From contig NC_043000.1 of assembly GCF_006345805.1 (NCBI RefSeq), positions 25,420,001-25,484,000 of the forward strand: DNA of 64,000 nt, read 5' to 3'. Positions 11,240 to 24,582 of this stretch are shown here, in pieces. Origin of the DNA: Octopus sinensis. Lineage: Eukaryota. Both the position numbers and the translations under genes were made by a program. The number at the start of each line of letters is the position of its first letter. Within the stretch, counting starts at the first letter, position 1. Under the pieces are notes generated by a model. The model did no database searches. It had not been told where the DNA came from and saw only the letters and a list, made by a program, of their open reading frames with translations.

Positions 11240-12331
11240 AACCGAAAAATTTAGAATTAATTACCACTTTTATACAGTTGGGCATTGAATCAACTAGCTT
11301 CTTGCAGGTGCTAGGTGCAATTTTGCTCCATTCTTCTCTTAACGTTTGGTACAAATGCTCTTTATTTTCAATTGTTGCGTTCCTGATAGCTTTCCCATAG
11401 GTGTTCGATTGGATTTAGATCGGGACTTTGAGTGGGACAGTCCGTGGGAACAATAACCTGTGTCTCAAACCATTGATGAGTATTCTTTGCTGTATGAGAG
11501 TATTCTTTGCTGTATGAGATGGAGCATTGTCCTGTTGAAAAATAACACCCTTTTTTGACACTCCTGGATGCAATTTAGCAACTGATGGCTCTAAAACATC
11601 TGATAACTTAGAAGCATAGGTAGCTGAATTCATCCTTCCCTGACATAAAAACATTTCTCCGGGTCCTGTGGCAGACATGCAGGCCCACACCATGATAGAA
11701 CCACCCCACGTTTTATTGTTGGTACCAGACATTCAGCATTAAATGCTTCCCCAAGTCTGCGACGCATGGATGTTGCATCAGATGTACTGAAAACCTGACT
11801 AAAAACATGAAAAATAATATTAGTTTTATGTTGAATACTTTTTTTATATATTTTGGGCAAACCAGTTACATTATGTTCATTGAATACATGTGCTATCTTA
11901 CCTTATAGTTACTTTCATCAGACCATATGACTTTTGACCATTGCTCACTGGTTGAGTGGATTTTGGCCCACAGAAGACGTTAGTCCATATTCGCTTCAGA
12001 AACCTACAAACCTTCTTCTAACAGTTCTGGTTGATATTTGTAAAGTATTTGCCTCATTGAAGTCCGCACAGAGCTTCAACGATGTTTTTCTCCTGTTTCT
12101 GAGCGACTGACGGATGATGGATCTATCATCAAGATGTCATGTAACCTTTTTTCTGCCTGTTCTTTGTATTGTCTTCGCATCTTTTGTCTCTCTGAAGTGC
12201 TTGAGAGTCGTTTGCACTGCACATCGAGAACATTTCATCTTCTGAGCAATTTGCCTTTGTGACACTCCATCTTTATGATGAACTACGATTTGACCTCGTT
12301 CACACTCACTCAACTCCCTTGTTTTAGACAT
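11240..12331 (-). mobile_element. Decayed Tc1-like transposase
   Basis: MSKTRELSECERGQIV HTH, GGSIMVWACMS, IFQQDNAPSHT, SPDLNPIEHLWE; frameshifted; TIRs not clear. Confidence 0.85.
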
Positions 12332-12442
12332 TTTACTGTTTATTAACCGTATCTACAATGTATTTTAGTGTAAAACTTTGAAATAATCAAGGAAACGTAA
12401 GTTAATTTTGGACGTTGGTCTTACTCATAATTGGTTGCATAT

Positions 12443-12466
12443 TAACCCTAACCCTAACCCTAACCC
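12443..12466. repeat. Four TAACCC units (telomere-like)
   Basis: taaccctaaccctaaccctaaccc. Confidence 0.8.
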
Positions 12467-12624
12467 TTTTCTTTTGAAGAGAGAAAAAGGAGAAAAATAA
12501 AATTCGATCAAAAGGGATAGTGAAAAAAAAAGCGCCGATCGAAAGGGATAGTGTATCACAGAAAATATTGTAAATGTTACAAAAAAGAAAAAAAACGGAT
12601 CAGGTTTATCTGTGGATAGATAAG

Positions 12625-12808
12625 TTTCTTTATTAGCCACACAGGGCTGCACACAGATGGGACAAGTTATAAGGTAGAGCTTTTCTTTTGGGGGATGAAG
12701 AAAACAAAAAAAAGGGGGGGCGTAGGTTTTCGATCAAGAGGGATCGTAAAAGGGAAGAAAAGAACAAAAAAGTAAATAAATGAATAAAATAAAAAATAAA
12801 AAGAATAA

Positions 12809-12815
<7 letters not shown>
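12625..12815 (-). mobile_element. 3' end of a retroelement sharing its tail with SINE family C, next to a (GATA)n tract
   Basis: ttgtcccatctgtgtgcagccctgtgtggctaataaagaaa vs SINE C ttgtcctctctgtgtttagccccttgtgggtaataaagaaa (34/41); pyrimidine-rich upstream. Confidence 0.55.
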
Positions 12816-12895
<80 letters not shown>

Positions 12896-13174
12896 TACAG
12901 AAAGATCGATAGATATTACACACACACACACACTCACACACACACACACACACACTCACACACTCACACACACACACAAATATTCTTCAAGAAAGATATT
13001 GACAGTAACTACTACTGACGACATCGGACGATGGATTAATTGGCTGAAACTTCGAAGTCACTATCAAAAAATATTTTTGTTTAAGAATAATAAATTTGTA
13101 CTCTACAAGCGTATAGAGTAACCGATCAGTCTAATGTAAAATTGTTTCTATTATAACTGAACATTAAGACAGCG

Positions 13175-14030
13175 TGTTGGCAGAACGGTTAGCACGCTAA
13201 GCGAAATGCTTAGCGGTATTTCGTCTGCCGTTACGTTCTGAGTTCAAATTCCGCCGAGGTCGACTTTGCCTTTCATCCTTTCGGGGTCGATAAATTAAGT
13301 ACCAGTTACGCACTGAGGTCGATATAATCGACTTAATCCGTTTGTCTGTCCTTGTTTGTCCTCTCTGTGTTTAGCCCCTTGTGGGTAATAAAGAAATAGG
13401 TATTTCGTCTGCCGTTACGTTCTGAGTTCAACTTCCGCCGAGGTCGACTATGCTTTTCGTCCTTTCGGGGTCGATAAATTAAGTACCAGTTACGCACTGA
13501 GGTCGATATAATCGACTTAATCCGTTTGTCTGTCCTTGTTTGTCCTCTCTGTGTTTAGCCCCTTGTGGGTAATAAAGAAATAGGTATTTCGTCTGCCGTT
13601 ACGTTCTGAGTTCAAATTCCGCCGAGGTCGACTATGCCTTTCATCCTTTCGGGGTCGATAAATTAAGTACCAGTTACGCACTGAATTCAATATAATCGAC
13701 TTAATCCGTTTGTCTGTCCTTGTTTGTCCTCTCTGTGTTTAGCCCCTTGTGGGTAATAAAGAAATAGGTATTTCGTCTGCCGTTACGTTCTGAGTTCAAA
13801 TTCCGCCGAGGTCGACTATGCCTTTAATCCTTTCGGGGTCGATAAATTAAGTACCAGTTACGCACTGAGGTCGATATAATCGACTTAATCCGTTTGTCTG
13901 TCCTTGTTTGTCCTCTCTGTGCTTAACCCCTTGTGTGTAATAAAGAAACAGGTATTTCGTCCGTCTTTATGTTCTGAGTTCAAATTCCTCTTGGGTCGAC
14001 TTTTCCTTTCTGGGTCGATAACTTAAGCTC
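13175..14030 (+). repeat. SINE family C head followed by a tandem array of 184-bp headless SINE units
   Basis: Units start at 13215, 13399, 13583, 13767 and 13951 (last partial and diverged), each ggtatttcgtc...gtaataaagaaata. Confidence 0.95.
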
Positions 14031-14146
14031 AATCAAATTCTGGAATCAGTGTGATCGGCTTTCTCCCTACCCCAAATTTCAATCCTTTTTTTTTTTTTTT
14101 TGCTAATGTAGAAAGGATTATAATTGAGCATAAACACAAACATATA

Positions 14147-14547
14147 GGCGCAGAAGTGGCTGTGTGGTAAGTAGCTTGCTAACCAACCACATGGTTCCGG
14201 GTTCAGTCCCACTGCGTGGCATCTTGGGCAAGTGTCTTCTGCTATAGCCCCGGACCGACCAATGCCTTGTGAGTGGATTTGGTAGACGGAAACTGAAAGA
14301 AGCCTGTCGCATATATGTATATATATGTATGTGTGTGTGTGTGTTTGTGTGTTTGTCCCCCTAGCATTGCCTGACAACCGATGCTGGTGTGTTTACGTCC
14401 CCGTCACTTAGCGGTTCGGCAAAAGAGACCGATAGAATAAGTACTGGGCTTACAAAGAATAAGTCCCGGGATCGATTTGCTCGACTAAAGGCGGTGCTCC
14501 AGCATGGCCGCAGTCAAATGACTGAAACAAGTAAAAGAAAAAAAGAA
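14147..14547 (+). mobile_element. SINE family A full-length copy
   Basis: ggcgcagaagtggctgtgtgg to gactgaaacaagtaaaagaaa. Confidence 0.9.
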
Positions 14548-14962
14548 AGAATATGTACATTCTTTGTCCGTTCATGGTGGGTTGCGCGTCTTTTTTCTGA
14601 AGCCGCGCTGTATTTTGTAAAAAAAAAATCGCAGTAGGGTGTGAAGCCAAACGCATTGAGAAACTCTGCTTTAATTCCTCTTCGAATTCAAACATCGCAG
14701 GTTTCGATTTTGCATGCAGATTTCGCTGGGTCGATAAAAAGTACCATCTCTCTACTGGTTTTTGATGTCACCGGCTACACTCCCACTAGTTAAATTCGAT
14801 CTCTATCTTGCGATGTGTCGATAGATGAGAGATCAATAATATAAGAAATCATTATAAGAGATCGATTTAATCGATCGATATAAAGAAATCAATACATGTA
14901 ATTTACATAATTGCTGTTAGCTTGGCCAAGGTTTTAACTGCTAGCAACTTATTAAGATACGT

Positions 14963-15312
14963 GGAGGCGCAATGGCCCAGTGGTTAGGGCAGCGGACTCG
15001 CGATCATAGGGTCGTAGTTTCGATTCCCAGACCGGGCGTTGTGAGTGTTTATTGAGCGAAAACACCTAAAGCTCCACGAGGCTCCAGCAGGGGTCGTTGC
15101 AAACCCTGCTTTAATCTTTCACCACAACTTTCTCTCACTGTTTGTTTCTGTTGTATCTGTATTTCAAAGGGCCAGCCTTGTCACACTCTGTGTCACGCAG
15201 GATCTCCCCGAGAACAACGTTAAGGGTACACATGTCTGTGGAATGCTCAGCCACTTGCACGTTAATTTCGGATCAGCTGGAACCCTCGTCCTCGCAACCG
15301 ACGGAGAGCCAC
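14963..15312 (+). mobile_element. SINE family B copy
   Basis: ggaggcgcaatggcccagtggttagggcagcggactcgcg...gtttcgattcccagaccgggcg head; tail shared with 4699-5050. Confidence 0.85.
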
Positions 15313-15555
15313 GATTAAGTTACGTTGCAAATAAATTTGTTTTTTCTTTTATTTGTTTTAGTCATTTGACTGCGGTCTTTAGTCGAACAAATCGACTCTC
15401 AGGGTTATTTTTGTAAGCCTACTACTTATTCTATCGGTCTCTTTTTGCCGAACCGCTAAGTTATAGGGACGTAAACACACCAACATCGGCTGTCAAGCAA
15501 GGGGAGGAGTTAAACACAGACACACAAACATACACACACACACAAACATACACAC

Positions 15556-15588
<33 letters not shown>

Positions 15589-15625
15589 CACATATATATA
15601 TATAGATGTATGTATGTGTGTGTGA

Positions 15626-15662
<37 letters not shown>

Positions 15663-15663
<1 letters not shown>

Positions 15664-15935
15664 CGAGCACTCCGACGGTTACGACGACGAGCGTCCCAGT
15701 TGAACCGATCAACGAAACAGCCTGCTCGTGAAATTAACGTGCAAGTGGCTGAGTACTCCACAGACACGTGTACCCTTAACGTAGTTCTCAGGTAGATATT
15801 CAGCATGACACAGAATGTGACAAGGCTGGCCCTTTGAAATACAGGTACTTCTCATTTTTGCCAGCTGAGTAGACTGGAACGACGTGAAATAAAGTGTCTT
15901 GCTCAAGGACAAAACGCGTCGCCGGAAATTGCCCT
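15663..15935 (-). mobile_element. SINE sharing the family B tail
   Basis: gggccagccttgtcacattctgtgtcatgctg...gtcgtcgtaaccgtcggagtgc on minus strand; different 5' part. Confidence 0.7.
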
Positions 15936-16157
15936 AACCACTAAGCCGTGTGCCAAAAATATAAATAATAATAAACCATAAAATAAATTTTTATCTTTCA
16001 AAACAAAATAAAACTGACAGTAAGATGGGAAAATAATGTTTATTTTTGGAAATTTCCATTTTATTTGTATCGGAAAAGTTTTCTCCTGCTTTTTTTTTAA
16101 CTGCAAAATCGTTGATCAGATTCTTAAACCTAATCTTATGTAACGCATCTGCTTCTA

Positions 16158-16347
16158 CAAGGGAGTGCTGAAAAGTTCCTGGAAGGCCTGGTTGGAGGCC
16201 CAACCTTCTAAGTTCTTTTGCAGGGTTTAGAAAAACTGAAGGACCGCTGCAATAAGTGAATCTGAGAGGGGAATATGTTGAATAAAATCATAATTAACTG
16301 ATCCTTCTCTATTTTCCCAAAGCCACGAACTTTTCAGCACCACCTCA
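16158..16347. mobile_element. Mariner-derived MITE
   Basis: TIRs caagggagtgctgaaaagttc / gaacttttcagcaccacctca flanked by TA. Confidence 0.7.
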
Positions 16348-16383
16348 TATATTTAGGAGAGTTAAGGCACCTCGAATATTATT

Positions 16384-16870
16384 TTGTTAAGTTTAAAGTG
16401 ATTTCTTTTGTGCCGTAAACCATTTACCGTTTCTGTGGTGCCCCCGTCCTTTCCCTTGACGCCCTAAGAATGTGCTTATTTTGCTTAATGGTTAATCCAG
16501 CGCTGGTGACGGGTGACGTTGTCATCAGAGCATTTCTATTTGCCGAGCCAATTTCCAAGTTAAATTGCACGGATTTTCATGGATGCGTTGATCAATCGAT
16601 CCTTATTGAATTGAACATGTGGACCATAACGTGGAGAGCATCCGAGGAGGGTCTTCTCCTCTTTGAAGCTTGAGAGCCATTTGTGTGCGGTTCTACCGCG
16701 TACGTACACAGCACAAATGTCTCGCTCAACTTGGGCAGTTTGGGGATCTTGATTAAAAGCAAAATGAAGCAGATGCTGAACACTCTTTCTTCTTCTGCTT
16801 GGCATTCCATCGTCATGTATGAAAAGAGGTAAAATTTATTCTAATTTCAAAAACGATAAACAAAAGTTGT
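16384..16870 (-). pseudogene. Mariner transposase N-terminal fragment
   Basis: Frameshifted HLLHFAFNQ, RDICAVY, RTAHKWLSSFKE, VQFNKDRL resembling the mariner HTH region. Confidence 0.7.
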
Positions 16871-17001
16871 GAAGGAAGGATAAAAGCTGCGAAAACTATA
16901 AACCACAGCACGGAATTTTGTCAGTGAACAAGTCGCGGTCTGAAAGCGACAAAAATATTTTGACAAATTAAATTTAAATTTTGGAGTGAATCTAACGGTT
17001 T

Positions 17002-17080
<79 letters not shown>

Positions 17081-17996
17081 AATGGCTTATAAACACCTTC
17101 TACACTGCAATTGTTTTTGTTTCACCACACGATCTCAGATCAGGTCACTTGCTATGCAAGTACATCTCCGTAATAAAAATATTCACCGTATTAATTCAAA
17201 TATTATTTGAAAGAAACGAATTTATCGAACAACCCTATATATACTGTATGTGTGGGATTAAACTCTTACTTTACCATTTAAGGAACTGAGCTAGAAGTAC
17301 CTCTATGGAAGGGGATATAACGAGAAACTCGAAATTTAGACACATCTCAACCACACGAAGAAGAACGATGCAAGAGCGACACGTAACTTGATTAATCTGT
17401 ATTGCTTAAACTTGCTCAATAAAGTTTAAATGGTTTTCACATTTACTACATAAATCTTGTTGTTTTCTGTTTTAGTCAAAAAGATTTTTATGCGCTTTAC
17501 ATACATTTTAAGCACTCGTATAAACAAACAAGCGCCAGTCGTTTGAAGATAACAGATATTGCTGTAAAATGGATTTCAGTCTTATCTTATTATAATGTTT
17601 TTGATCGTATTCTTTAAGGACCCATGTCACGCCACCGTTTCCAATATCCAATTTTTGTTCTAACAAACATGTCTATACGTATATTAATTATTTCCTTGCT
17701 GCCATAATTTGTTATCAACCGGTTAACCCCATCGCTTTTACAATCTTTACCTGTTTTGTACTAGTAGCTTTTTTTCTAAATCCCTGATCCTCTTTCCCTC
17801 TCTGGAAAATTCCCTGCCAACACCAGCATTCATCAATGCTACTATAACCACCACTATCACCCATACGTCAGTAAACATCACCACTACCAACAATAACAAC
17901 AATGCTATCATCACCACCGCTACCCACCATTACCACTACCGCGACCATCGTTATCACGGCAACAGGAACAGATGCTGCCGTTGCTGCTGTTGAGCG

Positions 17997-18370
17997 GTTG
18001 CTGTTGAGTGAAGCGGTCTTCGTCCCAGAGCTCGCAAGATGGGAGAAGTCCGAAACGTGGTCCTTTGCTATTCGTAAGATCCGCAGAAGAGAAAGCAGGT
18101 CAACGCCCGACACCGAGAGCATCGACGGATGGATGAATGCGCATCCAGGCTCAGCGGTTGCGTAGGAAGTCGGGGACAAAAAACAGGAAGAAAGAGTGTG
18201 AGAAATTTGGGGCGAAAGAGTACAACAGGGGTCGCCACCACCCCCTGCCGGAGCCTCATGGAGCTTTAGGTGTTTTCGCTCAATAAACACACAACGCCCG
18301 GTCTGGGATTCGAAACCGCGATCCTCCGACCGCGAGTCTGCTGCCCCAACCATTGGGCCGTTGTACCTCC
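17997..18370 (-). mobile_element. SINE with family B head and a different 3' half
   Basis: ggaggtacaacggcccaatggttggggcagcagactcgcggtcggagg...ttcgaatcccagaccgggcg then tcctacgcaaccgctgagcc tail. Confidence 0.75.
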
Positions 18371-18829
18371 ACTTGCTGTTGTTGCTGGAGAAGTTAGCAC
18401 GATCAAGTTTCCATTTGATAATTACCCTGATAAATTTCAAATCAATTAAACAAAGTTAATTGGGACAAAAATTGGGGAACTAATAAATAAGTTTACTAAA
18501 ACACATTTACAAACAAAAACCGGTTCAAGAACAAGGACGATAACCAATATTTATTGGTGTAACATTAGTTTCAAATAAAACCACAGGGAAATTAAGTAAA
18601 AAAAAAAAAAAAAAAAGGAAAATATTAAGGAAAATAAAAGCAAAAAAATGCAAATTAGTAAAAAAAAATGTAAATTAGTAAAAAAAAATGTGATGTCGAA
18701 TGTTAAATTAGATTTCTTTTATGCTGTTTCACTGCTGTTAATTAGTTCACGAAAAACATTTGATCGCGTTGAGCAAGGTTGAGGAAAAAGATAAAAACAA
18801 CGACCAGGGATTTTTGGAATAAACTGTTG

Positions 18830-19365
<536 letters not shown>

Positions 19366-19595
19366 TGTTGTTTACGGTTAATTTATACGCGCTTTTATTT
19401 GCTTTTTTTCCCCATTGAGTATTGATTTTTTCCGGTAACTTTAAACTGTTGTTGGGATTGATTAGTGACGTGAGGATGTGTAATGTTAAATAGATTCACT
19501 AAGATACTGTTCGAAGTATCTACATATCACAAATATCTGTTTCGGGGTGTTTTACCAACGACACTTAAATTGAGTGTGTGTGTGTTGTGAAATCC

Positions 19596-19633
<38 letters not shown>

Positions 19634-20039
19634 TCTTTTATTCTTTTATTTGTTTCAGTCATTTGTCTGCAGCCATGCTGGAGCACAGCATTTCAGTCTA
19701 ACAAATCGACCCCGGGTCATATTCTTTGTAAAGCCTAGTAATTATTCTGTCGGTATCTTTTGCCGAACCGCTAAGTTACGGGGAACGTAAACGCACCAAC
19801 ATCAGTAGTCACGCGATGGTGGGGGCACAAATACAGACACACAAACATATACATACATACACGCACACACATACACACACATATGTGTGTGTGTGTGTAC
19901 GACAGGTTTCTTCCAGTTTCCGTCTTCGAAATCCACTCACAAGGCTTTGATTGTCATGAGGCTATAGCAGAAGACACTTGCCCAAGGTGCCATGTAGTAG
20001 GACTGAACCCGGAACAATGTGGTTGGTAAGCAAGCTACT

Positions 20040-21119
20040 GGATCTTTTCCTTTTGATGGACGGAATTTTCTAGTTAACTAAAAAATTTGAAACTTCGTAT
20101 ACTGGTAGAATGTGTCAAAAGAAAACATTATTGTAAACAAAATTGTAATTTGTAACTTTAATGTAGTTTAATTCTTCGAATTTTAACCAATGAAATCCCA
20201 GCATTTGAACTCAAATCATTTGCTGCGTTATCGATATTGATAAAGAAACATAGCAGACGCATGCCGCACACACACACACACACATATATATATTCAGATA
20301 CATACACACGTACACTGGCATGCACACACACACACACACTCTCTGTCACTATCTCTCTCTCAAACACATGCATATACATTTGCACAAGCACATAGTAATT
20401 AATAAATAAGCGTACACACACATACAAACGGATATATACATACACACACATACGCACACAAGCATACATACACGTTCGTGTTTTGCCCCTTGCCGCAACA
20501 AATTTACACCAAAGGTAAATAAACCAGAAGGATGGGGGTCAATGTTTCATCGTTTCGGGGTCGATAAATTAAGTACCAACTACGCACTGGTGTTGAGGAT
20601 TGTTTTCCCAATTTATATCACAGCTTCCGACAAGCTGGGGCATCCTTTTATGAAAAAATATTTCGCAAATTTTTACAATACGACTCACACTCCACGCGCA
20701 AACTCTAGACCGCTTTAGGCATATTATTGTTTTGTTTTTGTTGTTTCTGGCCCTTCAAAACCATGGGAGAAGCCTTTTCGGTAAAAAAAAAAAAAAGAAA
20801 GAAAATATTAAAAAAATATCGTTAATATTTTTATTGGGCGACGAAATTTATCGATTTAAGAGATATAGCTGTTATTTCTAGCACATGCAGAGCACATGCA
20901 GAAGACAGAAGACGTTTTTAGACGCAGCAAATGAATTGAGCTCAAATGCTGGGATCTCATTGGTTAAAATTCGTAGAATTACACTACGTTAAACTTAGAA
21001 ATTACAATTTTGTTTTCAATTTTGTTTACAATCTTTTCTTTTGACACATTCTTCCAGTATACGAAGTTTCAAATTGTTTAGTTAACTAGAAAATTCCGTC
21101 CATCAAAAGGAAAATATCC
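20040..21119. mobile_element. Non-autonomous TIR element, 8-bp TSD, GG...CC termini (Merlin-like), inserted in a family A SINE
   Basis: TSD aagctact at 20032-20039 and 21120-21127; about 190-bp TIRs 20040-20230 and 20924-21119; SINE head resumes at 21128. Confidence 0.8.
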
Positions 21120-21155
21120 AAGCTACTTACTACACAGCCACTCCTGTGCGTAAAT

Positions 21156-21237
<82 letters not shown>

Positions 21238-24200
21238 TTCTGTGAGAGTTAGAGATTGGAAAGCAACCAACTAAGGGATAGTACCTATCCAATATACTGC
21301 TGGTAGTGTACCCAATTATGTATTAGTCCTCATAACCATTTAGACCCTCTGAAGAAGCCTAGAGGCACATCAGTTGTTAGCTATTTTTCTACTCTCGTAT
21401 TTCAAGAACAGTCTGATTCGGCATAGCAAAAAAGGATTCAAGGAGAATCGTAAGAGACGGACAGTTGGACAAGGCGAGTAGTCACAACAGCTGGGCAAAT
21501 ATTCAAAAATACGATGGACAAAATGTAAACGCAAAAGAAAATAAATAAATAACAAGAAATTGTGCACAAAGAATTTGTACACGGACAAAAGGGAAAGGAA
21601 AAAGAAAGAAAATGACATTACGTTTATCAAAGTAGCGTAAGGAAGAACTAAATGAGAAAGAAGAAACAAGAGAACGATATCTGTTCAAAACAGGCGACTA
21701 TCTTTTGGCTACGTGCTCCATATGTGTGTCTATGTGGAGAGAGGGAGAGAGACAGAGAGAGAGAAAGATGTATGTGTGTATTTAGGGAACTCGTGGACTT
21801 AGGGAGCTTCTTGAAATAGCAGCTAAATCTCCTTTAAATCGCACTTAAATCGTATGTAATATAAGAGAAGAGTACATGGCAGCAATATAATCCTTTTCAA
21901 ACCCCTGAAAAGAAATGATAGTATGACGGTTGAGTATTCTTGAGCGTTGATCTGCACAATCAAGATGGGCCATGTTCTAAACACCAGCACTAACAACAAC
22001 AACAGCAACAACAACATAAGTGGATTAAAGGAGGCTGGTAATCTGAAAGACGGGAAGAATATTTTGATTACACAAATACATAATCCCAATATGACTTACC
22101 ATGTTGAAAAGACTTGCATTTCTCTTTTCATGTTCGTGTTTCTCAGTCTGATTCTCAGCTCTCCGGATTACATAACTTAAATATAACAAATGAATAATAA
22201 ATTCGCCATTACACATATTTACAATATATTTCTCTCCATTCTTCACACGCACGTCGACCATTTTCCAAGGAAATTTCTTGCAGATTTTCTTTAAACGACA
22301 AAATTATCGATGCTGCAAGATTATAATGGTAACAGATGCTACTAGAGAATAAATACGAGCTCATAATTAGCTTTCTTGTTTTTCGCCCCATGTACGAAGA
22401 AACAACGGTTTAATAACTGTATGAGCCAGTTCTAAGACTGCAGTGTGTCTTCTGGGAAATAAATGTATTTTTTATACCTCAGAATATTGATATTAGCATC
22501 AAGTTCTTCAGAAGTGAATACCCCTGTAAAAATGAGGTAGTGGGCATATGGGGCGGGGGGGGGGGGGATATCAATCAATCGATCGTAGCAGAATTATGAT
22601 TTCTGTAAGAAAAGGAAATATTTCTTATGTGATAATCCTGTCTTACGATGCTCTTCTTTAATCACCCTTTAAGAAATACTTGTTATGTAATACTCAATAT
22701 GATATACAAATATATATATATATATAATATTATATATAGATATGATAAAATATCATACATCGATATCATAAAATATACACTGTTTTTGTCATATATGTCA
22801 CGAGTTGATTCCAGTTGACAAGAAAAATATTACTGTATTTGATGACACTTAAGATGCTGCTGAAACCGGAGTGTGTCTAATATACCCAGGCGTCTTTAAT
22901 ACAATCAAAGACTGTATGTTGCATATTCGTAACACGCAGCTAAAATCAATTGCTGTGGATGTAATCCCAGTTGAACTAGTAACCCAGGGTTTCACAGTTC
23001 GATGCTTTTCTTCTTTTTCTTAGAAAATTTCACCTGTTGTTCATACTTTAATTGTTTTCAACTGCTGTTTCATTAAGATAAACACTACCAAGAGTATAAT
23101 TACATAACACGACATTCCTGGCGATTTAGGTAAACACAGATTTTGAATTATACTCTTGGTAGTTTTCAATTAATCTAACTTAATTTAAATTAATTATGTA
23201 CCACAATTATGAATCCATTCATTTGGTCGTGTTTATCTTACTGAAATAGTTGTTGATCACAATTAGAGTATGAACTATATGCGGAATTTATGCTTCTCTG
23301 CTTTTATGCTAAATATTAATAATTATAAAATTTTAAAATCCACTCGTCCCGTACGCGAAATTGTTTTCCCCACGACAGTTCTGGACCCCAGTGATGAACT
23401 CATTTGCATACAGCCAATCAGAGGTCAACTATCAAACTAATTTAGGAGCCCATGACAAGTGATGGGGGATAAGATAAGGTCACTTGGGTAAGGAATGACC
23501 ATGCTTCTTTTCTCTTTTAATAATGCTTCTTATTCTTGTTCTAACCATGGCTGTCTCTGTGTAGTTATTTGTGTTGTTGTTTACTTTGTAGAAAAGTAAG
23601 GGGAGAGGGTTGCTAGCACATCATCCTCTACCCACATTTTCTCCATCCACATCTTTACCATATGGGGTCCCTAACAAAAATCCGATAATAGGTATAGATG
23701 CAAATCTATCTAATTACTTGTCTCCTTCTAAAACCAGGCATAATTTGGCGATCGGTCGACTTACGACACCGTTCTTCGTCTTGAGTTCACTTGGTAGAGT
23801 GTGTTTGTTAACTTGACAACATATATGACAGGCTTCTTCCAGTTTCTGTCTACCAAATCCACTCACAAGGCGTTGGTCGACCTGAGGCTATAGTAGAAGA
23901 CATTTGCCCAAGATGCCACGTAGTGGGACTGAACCCGGAACCATGTGGTTCGTAAGCAAGCTACTTACCACACAGCCACTGCGCACAAACAAACAAAAAA
24001 GGAACGCAGTGTAAATAATGGACAGAGTGAAGACTATTGAAAAAATTGCAAGAAGCAACGAAAAGTTTAGGAAAATAAAAATAAGGAATAAGTGGAAATT
24101 TTACCGGTGAGTTTGTTACATTATAAGGCACAAAAAGAAAATGACTCTCCCCAGACACAACAGAATATTGTGAAATTACTTAACATTAATTTATTTCAAA

Positions 24201-24357
24201 AAAGAGTTAATGAATCTATCCATAGCAGGATTAGTAAATGAATCAGAACATTTATCGGGTGTGAATGTCAATAAATGTTTTCTTCTTAACTCTATCGATT
24301 TTACCTTATGTTCTGACAAAAGCGAGTGTGCAAGTACATTATTTGAACAAATAAGAC

Positions 24358-24582
24358 GGCGAGCTGGCAGAAACGTTAGCACGCCGGACGAAACGCGTTG
24401 CGGTATTTCGTCTGTCTTTGCGTTCTAAGTTCAAATTCCGCCGAGTTCGACTTTGCCTTTCATCCTTTCGGGATCGATTAAATAAGTACCAGTTAGGCAC
24501 TTGGGTCGATGTAATCGACTTAATCCGTTTGTCTGTCCTTGTTTGTCCCCTCTGTGTTTAGCCCCCTGTGGGCGATAAAAAA
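24358..24582 (+). mobile_element. SINE family C single full-length copy
   Basis: ggcgagctggcagaaacgttagc...gttcaaattcc B box...gccccctgtgggcgataaaaaaa. Confidence 0.9.

Noticed and set aside
12443-12466. Telomere-like repeats as a fusion or healing site
   Set aside because: Only four units and no rearrangement evidence
13010-13064. Hammerhead-like CUGACGA...GAAAC-UUCGAA-GUC
   Set aside because: Stem III is palindromic, but stem II does not close the core and stem I does not pair; at best a relic
13215-14030. Regular array resembling CRISPR or a satellite gene cluster
   Set aside because: Units are near-identical with no unique spacers and are SINE bodies; eukaryotic context, no cas genes
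14963-15035. tRNA-Arg-like sequence (also heads at 5050, 18370, 24358, 63945)
   Set aside because: No complete cloverleaf or Pol III terminator; continues into SINE body
18000-18070. GAAAC-GUG-GUC antisense to a SINE tail
   Set aside because: No acceptable CUGANGA next to the stem II candidate
23395-23480. ATTTGCAT octamer, CCAAT and GATA motifs; also GTGATGA C-box-like
   Set aside because: Short motifs expected by chance; no D box and no linked transcript
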